From NCBI GenBank assembly GCA_963843975.1, contig CAWJMG010000003.1:2160001-2192000 (forward strand): DNA of 32,000 nt. The letters run 5' to 3'. Positions 21,159-32,000 of the stretch are shown one piece after another. The DNA is from an uncultured Actinomycetes bacterium. Lineage in GTDB: Bacteria > Actinomycetota > Actinomycetes > S36-B12 > CAIYMF01. Position numbers and translations under genes: made by a program. The number at the start of each line of letters is the position of its first letter. Positions within the stretch are counted from its first letter, which is position 1. The notes under the pieces are model-generated. The model was not told the DNA's origin. It made no database searches and saw only the letters and a program-made list of their open reading frames with translations.

Positions 21159-21734
21159 TCAGTTCTCCTTGAAGGGGAAGCCGAGGTGCTTCAGGAGCGC
21201 ACGGCCCTCGTCGTCGGTGGACGCGGTGGTGACCACCGTGATGTCCATGCCTCGGACGCGGTCGATGGCGTCCTGGTCGATCTCGTGGAACATCGACTGC
21301 TCGTTGAGACCGAAGGTGTAGTTGCCGCGACCGTCGAACTGGACCGCGGACAGGCCGCGGAAGTCACGGATGCGCGGGAGCGCGACCGACAGCAGCCGGT
21401 CGAGGAACTCCCACATGCGGTCGCCGCGGAGCGTGACGTGGGCGCCGATCGGCATGCCCTCGCGCAGCTTGAACTGGGCGATCGACTTGCGGGCCTTGGT
21501 GACCTGCGGCTTCTGTCCGGTGATCGCGGCGAGGTCCTTGATGGCACCCTCGATGAGCTTGGAGTCGCGAGCAGCCTCGCCGACACCCATGTTCACCACG
21601 ATCTTGGTGAGGCCGGGGACCTGCATGACGTTCGCGAAGGCGAACTCCTCACGCAGCGCGGGGATGATCTCCTCGCGGTACCGGGCCTTGAGACGCGGGA
21701 TCGCGGTCTCGGTGGCAGTGGTCTCGGTCGTCAT
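21159..21734 (-). CDS. rplE: 50S ribosomal protein L5 (191 aa)
   Basis: ...[52 protein letters not shown]...[44 protein letters not shown].... The ATG overlaps the rplX stop as ATGA. Confidence 0.97.
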   Translation of the reverse strand: MTTETTATETAIPRLKARYREEIIPALREEFAFANVMQVPGLTKIVVNMGVGEAARDSKLIEGAIKDLAAITGQKPQVTKARKSIAQFKLREGMPIGAHVTLRGDRMWEFLDRLLSVALPRIRDFRGLSAVQFDGRGNYTFGLNEQSMFHEIDQDAIDRVRGMDITVVTTASTDDEGRALLKHLGFPFKEN

Positions 21735-22096
21735 CAGATGTCCTTACCGGTGCGCTTGGAGACGCGCACGGAACGCGAGGTCTCGTACGACGTGCCGTCG
21801 GGACGGGTCTTGGTGACCACCTCACGACGGAAGCCGACGCGGGTCGGGCGGTTGTCCGAGGGGTCCACGAGCTGCACGTTCGAGACGTGGATCGGGGCCT
21901 CCTGGGTCACGATGCCGCCGGTCTTGGCACCACGCGTGGTCTGGCCGACCTTCGTGTGCTTCTTGATCCGGTTGACGCCCTCGACGAGGACCTTGTCGGC
22001 CTCGGGGATCACCTGGATGACCTTGCCCTGGACGCCCTTGTCCTTGCCCGTGATGACCTGGACGAGGTCACCCTTCTTGATGTTCAGCGAGCCCAT
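21734..22096 (-). CDS. rplX: 50S ribosomal protein L24 (120 aa)
   Basis: [49 protein letters not shown]... (KOW motif). Confidence 0.96.
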   Translation of the reverse strand: MGSLNIKKGDLVQVITGKDKGVQGKVIQVIPEADKVLVEGVNRIKKHTKVGQTTRGAKTGGIVTQEAPIHVSNVQLVDPSDNRPTRVGFRREVVTKTRPDGTSYETSRSVRVSKRTGKDI

Positions 22097-22097
22097 G

Positions 22098-22466
22098 TCA
22101 GAGCACCTCCGGAGCCAGCGAGATGATCTTCATGAAGCGCTTCTCGCGCAGCTCGCGGCCCACCGGGCCGAAGATGCGGGTGCCACGGGGCTCACCGTCG
22201 TTCTTGAGGATGACGGCGGCGTTCTCGTCGAAGCGGATGTACGAACCGTCGAGGCGCCGGCGCTCCTTCTTGGTGCGCACGATGACTGCCTTGACGACGT
22301 CACCCTTCTTCACGTTGCCACCGGGGATCGCATCCTTCACGGTGGCGACGATGACGTCGCCGATGCCCGCGTAGCGCCGACCGGAGCCACCGAGAACGCG
22401 GATGCACAGGATTTCCTTGGCACCCGTGTTGTCGGCGACACGCAGTCGCGACTCCTGCTGGATCAC
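22098..22466 (-). CDS. rplN: 50S ribosomal protein L14 (122 aa)
   Basis: (V)[67 protein letters not shown]...[29 protein letters not shown] at 22466 has AGGAGA upstream. Confidence 0.96.
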   Translation of the reverse strand: MIQQESRLRVADNTGAKEILCIRVLGGSGRRYAGIGDVIVATVKDAIPGGNVKKGDVVKAVIVRTKKERRRLDGSYIRFDENAAVILKNDGEPRGTRIFGPVGRELREKRFMKIISLAPEVL

Positions 22467-22560
22467 TTGTCTGTCTCCTGTTGTCGCGCCGGTTCTCGGC
22501 TTGACCGAGCCTTGCGGAACGGATGTGTGGTGCGGCCCTGACCGTAGGCAGGACCTGGTG

Positions 22561-22589
22561 AGTCTAGTCGCCCCTTGCACAGGGGCCAA
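22561..22589 (-). promoter_or_regulatory. Candidate spc-operon promoter
   Basis: The minus strand reads TTGGCC (22589-22584), exactly 17 nt, TAGACT (22566-22561). It sits in the 168-nt rpsQ-rplN spacer, just downstream of a hairpin that follows rpsQ. The leader to the rplN GTG would be about 90 nt. Confidence 0.5.
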
Positions 22590-22602
22590 AACTCGTGTTC
22601 TT

Positions 22603-22630
22603 GGGGCGTCACCGCGAGCGGTTCCGCCCC
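22603..22630 (-). terminator. Hairpin after rpsQ (end of the S10 operon)
   Basis: GGGGCG...CGCCCC (6 bp) encloses a CCGC-tc-GCGG element and begins 5 nt after the rpsQ stop. It is weaker than the other boundary hairpins. Confidence 0.3.
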
Positions 22631-22634
22631 CGGA

Positions 22635-22925
22635 TCACTTGGCCTTCTCGAGGATCTCCACGACGCGCCAGCGCTTGGTGGCAGACAGCGGACGGGTCTC
22701 CATGAGGAGGACCTTGTCGCCGATGCCGGCCGCGTTGGCCTCGTCGTGGGCGTGCAGCTTGCTCGTACGGCGGACGACCTTGCCGTACAGCGGGTGCTTG
22801 AAGCGGTCCTCGACGGCGACGACGACGGTCTTGTCCATCTTGTCGCTGACGACGTAGCCCTCACGCGTCTTGCGGGCGCCGCGGGTCTCGGTCTCAGTCA
22901 CTGCCTTCTCGCTGTTCTCGCTCAC
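22635..22925 (-). CDS. rpsQ: 30S ribosomal protein S17 (96 aa)
   Basis: ...[79 protein letters not shown]. The GTG at 22925 overlaps the rpmC stop as GTGA. Confidence 0.96.
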   Translation of the reverse strand: MSENSEKAVTETETRGARKTREGYVVSDKMDKTVVVAVEDRFKHPLYGKVVRRTSKLHAHDEANAAGIGDKVLLMETRPLSATKRWRVVEILEKAK

Positions 22926-23146
22926 GCGGCACCCACAGGGGTGATCCCGAGCTCGCGCTCGCGCATGATCGTGTAGATGCGCGCGATGTCCGTGCGGACG
23001 GCGCGCAGTCGGCCGTGGCTCTCCAGCTGGCCGGTGGCCGCCTGGAAACGCAGGTTGAAGAGCTCGGCCTTGGCCTCGCGCAGCTTCTCGACGAGCTCGT
23101 CGTCGGTCAGGGTGCGCAGCTCGGTCGGCTTGGTCCCGGTTGCCAT
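22922..23146 (-). CDS. rpmC: 50S ribosomal protein L29 (74 aa)
   Basis: [67 protein letters not shown]. Confidence 0.96.
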   Translation of the reverse strand: MATGTKPTELRTLTDDELVEKLREAKAELFNLRFQAATGQLESHGRLRAVRTDIARIYTIMRERELGITPVGAA

Positions 23147-23566
23147 TTAGATGTCACCAGCCTCGCGCCGCACGATGCGGCACTTCATGGGCAGCTTGTG
23201 CGCGGCGCGGGTGAGCGCCTCGCGAGCCACGGTCTCGTTCGGGAACGACAGCTCGAACATCACGCGTCCGGGCTTGACGTTGGCGACCCACCACTCCGGC
23301 GAGCCCTTGCCGGAACCCATGCGGGTCTCGGCGGGCTTCTTGGTGAGCGGACGGTCCGGGTAGATCGTGATCCAGACCTTGCCACCACGGCGGATGTGAC
23401 GCGTGATGGCGATACGGGCGGACTCGATCTGACGGTTGGTCACGTAGGCCGGCTCGAGAGCCTGCAGGCCGTACTGGCCCAAGGTCACCTCGGTGCCGCC
23501 CTTGGCAGCGCCCGTGCGGTCCGGGTGGTGCTGCTTGCGGTGCTTGACCCTGCGAGGGATCAGCAT
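23147..23566 (-). CDS. rplP: 50S ribosomal protein L16 (139 aa)
   Basis: [106 protein letters not shown]. Confidence 0.97.
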   Translation of the reverse strand: MLIPRRVKHRKQHHPDRTGAAKGGTEVTLGQYGLQALEPAYVTNRQIESARIAITRHIRRGGKVWITIYPDRPLTKKPAETRMGSGKGSPEWWVANVKPGRVMFELSFPNETVAREALTRAAHKLPMKCRIVRREAGDI

Positions 23567-23568
23567 GG

Positions 23569-24411
23569 TCAGGCCTCCGTTCCGGGCGTCTCGACCGCGA
23601 CGGCCTCGACGGTCTCAGCAGCGGGCGCCTCGGCAGCAGCCTCGGCAGCGGGTGCGGCGTCGTCGCGGCGCGGGGCACGACCGGCGGCCGGGCGACCGGC
23701 ACGCTCGGGACGGCGGCCGGCACCGGCACCCAGACGCTCAGCGGCGATGGCCGCCTCGCGCTCGGTACGGGACTGGCTGACCTCGCCCTTGTAGATCCAG
23801 ACCTTCACGCCGATGCGGCCGAAGGTGGTGCGCGCCTCGTAGAAGCCGTAGTCGATGTTCGCGCGCAGCGTGTGCAGCGGCACACGACCCTCGCGGTAGA
23901 ACTCGGTGCGGCTCATCTCAGCGCCGCCGAGACGGCCGGACACCTGGACACGGATGCCCTTGGCGCCACCCTTCATGGCGGACTGCATCGACTTGCGCAT
24001 GGCGCGACGGAACGACACACGGCTCGAGAGCTGCTCGGCGACGCCCTGGGCGACCAGCTGTGCGTCGATCTCGGGGTTCTTGACCTCGAGGATGTTCAGC
24101 TGCACCTGCTTGCCGGTCAGCTTCTCGAGGTCGCCGCGGATGCGGTCGGCCTCGGCGCCGCGGCGGCCGATGACGATGCCGGGGCGAGCAGTGTGGATGT
24201 CGACGCGGACGCGCTCACGCGTGCGCTCGATCTCCACCTTGCTGATGCCGGCGCGCTCCATGCCCTTGGACATGAGACGGCGGATCTTGACGTCCTCGTC
24301 GACGTAGTCGCGGTAGCGCTGACCCTCCTTGGAGGAGTCGGCGAACCAGCGCGACTTGTAGTCGGTGGTGATGCCCAGACGGAAGCCGTACGGGTTGATC
24401 TTCTGGCCCAC
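23569..24411 (-). CDS. rpsC: 30S ribosomal protein S3 (280 aa, with an Ala/Arg/Glu-rich C-terminal tail)
   Basis: (V)[43 protein letters not shown]...[39 protein letters not shown]...[44 protein letters not shown] at 24411 inside track ORF 23569..24516. Confidence 0.96.
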   Translation of the reverse strand: MGQKINPYGFRLGITTDYKSRWFADSSKEGQRYRDYVDEDVKIRRLMSKGMERAGISKVEIERTRERVRVDIHTARPGIVIGRRGAEADRIRGDLEKLTGKQVQLNILEVKNPEIDAQLVAQGVAEQLSSRVSFRRAMRKSMQSAMKGGAKGIRVQVSGRLGGAEMSRTEFYREGRVPLHTLRANIDYGFYEARTTFGRIGVKVWIYKGEVSQSRTEREAAIAAERLGAGAGRRPERAGRPAAGRAPRRDDAAPAAEAAAEAPAAETVEAVAVETPGTEA

Positions 24412-24418
24412 GGCCGGG

Positions 24419-24778
24419 TCACCCCTTCTTCCGCGCCGAGTCGGCGGTGACCGACTCGACGACGACGGTGATGTGGCTGGTGCGCTTGCGGATGCGGTAC
24501 GCACGGCCCTGAGCACGCGGACGGAACCGCTTCAGGGTCGGGCCCTCGTCCACGTACGCCTCACGCACGACCAGGGTGTCCGGGTCGAGGTTGAAGTTGT
24601 TCGTCGCGTTGGCGATAGCGCTGTCAAGCACCTTGCCCACCGGCTCGCTCGCTGCCTGCGGCGCGAAGTGCAGCACCGCCTGTGCCTCGGCGGCCGGCAG
24701 GCCGCGGATGAGGTCGATGACGCGGCGTGCCTTCATGGGCGTGACGCGCACGTAGCGCGCCTGGGCCCTGGCTTCCAT
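24419..24778 (-). CDS. rplV: 50S ribosomal protein L22 (119 aa)
   Basis: [61 protein letters not shown]...[35 protein letters not shown] at 24778 has AAGGGGA upstream. Confidence 0.96.
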   Translation of the reverse strand: MEARAQARYVRVTPMKARRVIDLIRGLPAAEAQAVLHFAPQAASEPVGKVLDSAIANATNNFNLDPDTLVVREAYVDEGPTLKRFRPRAQGRAYRIRKRTSHITVVVESVTADSARKKG

Positions 24779-24846
24779 CGCTGTCCCCTTGCTGGTCGTC
24801 GTACTTGTTCGGATCGTGTGGTCGTGCTCGGTGACGTGCTGCCGGT

Positions 24847-25129
24847 TTAGCGGCGGCGCGCCTTGCGGTCGTCCTTCACGTGGCCACGGAAGGTGCGGGT
24901 GGGCGCGAACTCGCCGAGCTTGTGGCCGATCATGTTCTCGGTCACGAAGACCGGGACGTGCTTGCGACCGTCGTGCACGGCGATCGTGTGGCCGAGCATG
25001 TCCGGCGATGATCATCGAACGGCGCGACCAGGTCTTGATGACGTTCTTCGTCCCCTTGGCGTTCTGATCGTCCACCTTCTTGGCGAGGTGGCCGTCGACG
25101 AAGGGGCCCTTCTTCAGGCTGCGAGGCAT
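24847..25129 (-). pseudogene. rpsS: 30S ribosomal protein S19 (about 93 aa) interrupted by a 1-nt insertion near 25005-25006
   Basis: From ATG 25129 the frame reads [41 protein letters not shown], then becomes nonsense that runs into rplV. Dropping one base from atcatcgccggacatg restores [52 protein letters not shown] with a TAA stop at 24847. Confidence 0.92.
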
Positions 25130-25143
25130 GAGGTGGTACTCCC

Positions 25144-25980
25144 TTAACGCTTCTTGCCGGTCTTGCGGCGGCGGACGATGAACTTGTCGCTGGCCTTGTT
25201 GGCCTTGCGAGTGCGACCCTCGGGCTTGCCGTTGGGGTTGACCGGGTGGCGACCACCGGAGGTCTTGCCCTCACCACCACCGTGCGGGTGGTCGACCGGG
25301 TTCATGGCGACACCGCGGACGGTCGGGCGCTTGCCCTTCCAGCGCATGCGGCCGGCCTTGCCCCAGTTGATGTTGCTCTGCTCGGCGTTGCCCACCTCGC
25401 CGATCGTGGCGCGGCAGCGCACGTCGACGTTGCGGATCTCGCCCGAGGGCATACGCAGCTGGGCGTACGGGCCGTCCTTGGCGACGAGCTGGACGCTCGT
25501 GCCGGCGGAGCGGGCGATCTTCGCACCGCCGCCGGGGCGCAGCTCGACGGCGTGGATGACCGTACCGACCGGGATGTTGCGCAGCGGCAGGTTGTTGCCC
25601 GGCTTGATGTCGGCCGCGGGACCCGTCTCGACCGTGTCGCCCTGCGCCAGCTTGTTCGGCGCCACGATGTAGCGCTTCTCGCCGTCGGCGTAGTGCAGCA
25701 GCGCGATGCGCGCGGTGCGGTTGGGGTCGTACTCGATGTGCGCGACCTTGGCCGGCACGCCGTCCTTGTCAGCACGACGGAAGTCGATGACTCGGTAGGC
25801 GCGCTTGTGGCCACCACCCTGGTGACGGGTGGTGATGCGGCCCTGGTTGTTGCGGCCGCCCTTCTTGGGAAGCGGGCGAACGAGCGACTTCTCCGGCGTC
25901 GACCGCGTGATCTCGACGAAGTCGGCCACGCTGGAGCCACGACGGCCAGGCGTCGTCGGCTTGTACTTGCGGATACCCAT
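25144..25980 (-). CDS. rplB: 50S ribosomal protein L2 (278 aa)
   Basis: [34 protein letters not shown]...[15 protein letters not shown]...[39 protein letters not shown]...[34 protein letters not shown]. Confidence 0.98.
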   Translation of the reverse strand: MGIRKYKPTTPGRRGSSVADFVEITRSTPEKSLVRPLPKKGGRNNQGRITTRHQGGGHKRAYRVIDFRRADKDGVPAKVAHIEYDPNRTARIALLHYADGEKRYIVAPNKLAQGDTVETGPAADIKPGNNLPLRNIPVGTVIHAVELRPGGGAKIARSAGTSVQLVAKDGPYAQLRMPSGEIRNVDVRCRATIGEVGNAEQSNINWGKAGRMRWKGKRPTVRGVAMNPVDHPHGGGEGKTSGGRHPVNPNGKPEGRTRKANKASDKFIVRRRKTGKKR

Positions 25981-26015
25981 CGGGTTTCTCTTCCTCGTCG
26001 GTTACGGGTGCCCGG

Positions 26016-26318
26016 TCAGGAGACCGGACCGCCGAAGATGTCGATGCGGTCGCCGTCAGCGAGGCTCACGATGGCGCGCTTGGTGTCGGCACGCTTGCCG
26101 AAACCGGTGCGGGTGCGCGTGCGCTTGCCCTGGCGGTTGATCGTGTTCACGCCGGTCACCTTGACGCCGAAGACCTGCTCGACCGCGATCTTGATCTGGG
26201 TCTTGTTGGCGTCGGGCGACACGATGAACGTGTACTTGTTCTCGTCGAGGAGCGAGTAGCTCTTCTCGGAGATGACCGGCGCGAGAAGGATGTCGCGCGG
26301 GTCGCTGATGCGGCTCAC
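26016..26318 (-). CDS. rplW: 50S ribosomal protein L23 (100 aa)
   Basis: (V)[85 protein letters not shown]. The GTG at 26318 overlaps the rplD stop as GTGA. Confidence 0.95.
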   Translation of the reverse strand: MSRISDPRDILLAPVISEKSYSLLDENKYTFIVSPDANKTQIKIAVEQVFGVKVTGVNTINRQGKRTRTRTGFGKRADTKRAIVSLADGDRIDIFGGPVS

Positions 26319-27043
26319 AGCGATACCTTCCCTTCTGAGGCAGCAGCCTCGGTCTCGGTCGCGACGGCCTTCGCGCCCTTGCCGGTCGCGGGACCGGCGA
26401 CGAACGCGGCAAGCGCGCCCTGGGTGAAGATCACGTCGTCGCTCACGAGGACGTCGTAGGTGTTGAGCTGGTCGTGCACGAGCAGGTGGACGCTCGGGAC
26501 GTTGCGCAGCGAGAGCCACGCGACGTCGTCGTCACGCTCGAGGACGACGAGCAGGTTGCGACGGTCGCTGATCGCGGCCAGCGCCTGCACGGCGGCCTTG
26601 GTCGACGGGGTCTCCCCCTCGACGATGCCCGTGACGACGTGGACGCGGCCGTTGCGGGCGCGGTCCGACAGGGCGCCACGGAGGGCGGCCGCCTTCATCT
26701 TCTTGGGCGTCCGCTGGGCGTAGTCGCGCGGCGTCGGGCCGTGGACGACGCCACCGCCGGTGAACTGCGGCGCGCGGGTCGAACCCTGACGGGCGCGACC
26801 GGTGCCCTTCTGCTTGTACGGCTTGCGACCACCACCGCGGACCTCGCCGCGGCTCTTGGTGTCGTGCGTGCCCTGACGGGCGGCAGCGAGCTGCGCGACG
26901 ACGACCTGGTGGATCAGCGGCACGTTGACCTGGACGTCGAAGACCTCCGACGGGAGGTCAGCGGTGCCCGCGGCCTTGCCGGCCGGCGTCTGGATCTCGA
27001 CCGAGGTGACCTCGGGGAGCTCAGCGGTGTCGAGCTTGGCCAT
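26315..27043 (-). CDS. rplD: 50S ribosomal protein L4 (242 aa)
   Basis: ...[88 protein letters not shown].... Confidence 0.97.
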   Translation of the reverse strand: MAKLDTAELPEVTSVEIQTPAGKAAGTADLPSEVFDVQVNVPLIHQVVVAQLAAARQGTHDTKSRGEVRGGGRKPYKQKGTGRARQGSTRAPQFTGGGVVHGPTPRDYAQRTPKKMKAAALRGALSDRARNGRVHVVTGIVEGETPSTKAAVQALAAISDRRNLLVVLERDDDVAWLSLRNVPSVHLLVHDQLNTYDVLVSDDVIFTQGALAAFVAGPATGKGAKAVATETEAAASEGKVSL

Positions 27044-27047
27044 GAGG

Positions 27048-27692
27048 TCAGGCCCCCTTCACGGCGGTGCGGACGAGCACGAGGCCGCCCTTGGGACCGG
27101 GAACGGCACCCTTGATGAGGAGCAGGCCGTTCTCGGCGTCGACCGCGTGGATCGTGAGGTTCTGGGTGGTCTGGCGCGCAACACCCATACGGCCCGCCAT
27201 GCGCATGCCCTTGAAGACACGGCCGGGGGTCGCGCAGCCGCCGATGGAGCCCGGCTTGCGGTGGTTGCGGTGCGCACCGTGGGAGGCGCCGACGCCGTGG
27301 AAGCCGTGACGCTTCATGACACCGGCGTAGCCCTTGCCCTTGGTCGTGCCGATGACGTCGATGACCTGACCGGTCTCGAACGTGTCGACAGCGAGCTCCT
27401 GGCCGACGGCGTACTCGGACGCGTCGTCGGTGCGCAGCTCGACCAGGTGGCGACGCGGCGTCACGCCCGCCTTGGCGAAGTGGCCGGAAGCCGGCTTGTT
27501 CACCTTGCGCGGGTCGATCGCGCCGAACGCGATCTGGACGGCGCTGTAGCCGTCCTGCTCGGAGGTCTTGACCTGCGTGACGACACAGGGCCCGGCCTTG
27601 ACCACGGTCACGGGGACGATGTGATTGTTCTCGTCCCAGACCTGGGTCATGCCGAGCTTCTCGCCCAGCAACCCCTTCAACTGCTTGCTCAT
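27048..27692 (-). CDS. rplC: 50S ribosomal protein L3 (214 aa)
   Basis: [43 protein letters not shown]...[57 protein letters not shown] at 27692 inside track ORF 27048..28190. Confidence 0.97.
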   Translation of the reverse strand: MSKQLKGLLGEKLGMTQVWDENNHIVPVTVVKAGPCVVTQVKTSEQDGYSAVQIAFGAIDPRKVNKPASGHFAKAGVTPRRHLVELRTDDASEYAVGQELAVDTFETGQVIDVIGTTKGKGYAGVMKRHGFHGVGASHGAHRNHRKPGSIGGCATPGRVFKGMRMAGRMGVARQTTQNLTIHAVDAENGLLLIKGAVPGPKGGLVLVRTAVKGA

Positions 27693-27706
27693 GGTGGCTA
27701 CGTTCC

Positions 27707-28015
27707 TCAGAGCTTGATCTCGATGTCGACACCGGCCGGGAGGTCGAGTCGCATCAGCGAGTCGACGGTCTTCGGCGTGGGGTCGAGGATGTCGATGAGG
27801 CGCTTGTGGGTGCGCATCTCGAAGTGCTCGCGGCTGTCCTTGTACTTGTGCGGCGAGCGGATGACGCAGTAGACGTTCTTCTCCGTCGGCAGCGGCACCG
27901 GGCCCGCGACCTGCGCACCAGTACGCGTCACCGTCTCGACGATCTTGCGCGCCGAGGAGTCGATGACCTCGTGGTCGTAGGCCTTGAGCCGGATGCGGAT
28001 CTTCTGTCCCGCCAT
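27707..28015 (-). CDS. rpsJ: 30S ribosomal protein S10 (102 aa)
   Basis: [105 protein letters not shown] at 28015. Confidence 0.98.
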   Translation of the reverse strand: MAGQKIRIRLKAYDHEVIDSSARKIVETVTRTGAQVAGPVPLPTEKNVYCVIRSPHKYKDSREHFEMRTHKRLIDILDPTPKTVDSLMRLDLPAGVDIEIKL

Positions 28016-28092
28016 GATGGCTTCGGTGTCCTTCTCTTTCGTGTGCCGCTGGGATGGGGCGACTCCCGGTGAGGGAGGCGTCCCGGTGGGAC

Positions 28093-28128
28093 GCGGTCGG
28101 GCCTTCGCTCTCGCAGAGGCCCGACCGC
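28093..28128 (-). terminator. Perfect 12-bp hairpin after tuf
   Basis: GCGGTCGGGCCT-(12-nt loop)-AGGCCCGACCGC begins 15 nt after the tuf TAA. A second small stem, GTCCC-acc-GGGAC, follows. No U-tract. Confidence 0.55.
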
Positions 28129-28143
28129 TGTCGCCAGGTGGTG

Positions 28144-29337
<1,194 letters not shown>

Positions 29338-29479
29338 GGTGTCCTCCTGTGGACTGCGGATGATTTACGCCGTACGACGTAGGTCCTGGTGATCAGTTGT
29401 CTTGGTGGAGCGTGTTGCTGGTCGTGCGGGCGGGCTCTCACGCTGACGCGGTCGATCACCCCGGGGTGCCCGGCGAGTA

Positions 29480-31593
<2,114 letters not shown>

Positions 31594-31656
31594 GGTGAGG
31601 GCTCCGAATCCGAAGTTGTCTGTGGGTCTGGGTGCTGCTCGGGACGAGCGGCGGGT

Positions 31657-32000
31657 CTACCAGCGGTAGTGCGCGAAGGCCTTGTTCGACTCGGCCATCT
31701 TGTGCATGTCCTCGCGGCGCTTGACGCTCGCACCGAGGCCGTTGCTGGCGTCGAGCAGCTCGTTCATGAGGCGCTCGGTCATGGTCTTCTCGCGACGCTG
31801 GCGCGAGAAGGTGATCAGCCAGCGCAGCGCCAGCGTGGTGCTGCGGCCGGGGCGGACCTCGACGGGGACCTGGTAGGTCGCACCGCCGACGCGGCGGCTG
31901 CGGACCTCGAGGGTCGGCTTGACGTTGTCCATCGCGCGCTTGAGCGTGACGACGGGGTCGGTGCCGGTCTTCTCGCGGCAGCCCTCGAGCGCGCCGTAGA
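31657..32000 (-). CDS. rpsG: 30S ribosomal protein S7; 5' end lies beyond the right window edge
   Basis: The frame is open to base 32000: ...[113 protein letters not shown]. Track ORF 31657..31932 is its tail. Confidence 0.96.
   Translation of the reverse strand, partial: YGALEGCREKTGTDPVVTLKRAMDNVKPTLEVRSRRVGGATYQVPVEVRPGRSTTLALRWLITFSRQRREKTMTERLMNELLDASNGLGASVKRREDMHKMAESNKAFAHYRW

Overview
This is a very GC-rich, actinobacterial-type chromosome segment. All genes but one are on the minus strand, and almost all of it is conserved housekeeping. Read in minus-strand order (right to left) it contains: rpsG (5' end off-window), fusA, tuf; the S10 operon (rpsJ-rplC-rplD-rplW-rplB-rpsS-rplV-rpsC-rplP-rpmC-rpsQ); the spc operon (rplN-rplX-rplE-rpsN-rpsH-rplF-rplR-rpsE-rpmD-rplO); secY-adk-map; infA-rpmJ; the alpha operon (rpsM-rpsK-rpsD-rpoA-rplQ); truA; a carbamate kinase; an ABC-F ATPase; rplM-rpsI; glmM; glmS; a CspA-family cold-shock gene; a plus-strand GNAT acetyltransferase; and acpS-nnr (nnr runs off the left edge). 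I found no tRNA or rRNA genes, CRISPR arrays, transposases, integrases, repeat families or defence-like gene sets, so I cannot support any claim of a novel biological system here. The most unusual feature is 16 single-nucleotide indels (14 insertions, 2 deletions) that break the frames of otherwise perfectly conserved genes, almost all of them essential. There is one each in the ABC-F gene, map, rplR and rpsS, a compensating pair in tuf, and ten in fusA. Twelve of the sixteen lie in the last ~2.3 kb affected (28.84-31.13 kb). The simplest explanation is local sequence or assembly error rather than biology, but this needs read-level checking. Secondary observations are perfect GC hairpins without U-tracts at nearly every operon boundary, several long structured spacers that may be leaders or attenuators, one good promoter candidate upstream of rplN, and a non-core insert (arcC plus ABC-F) between truA and rplM.
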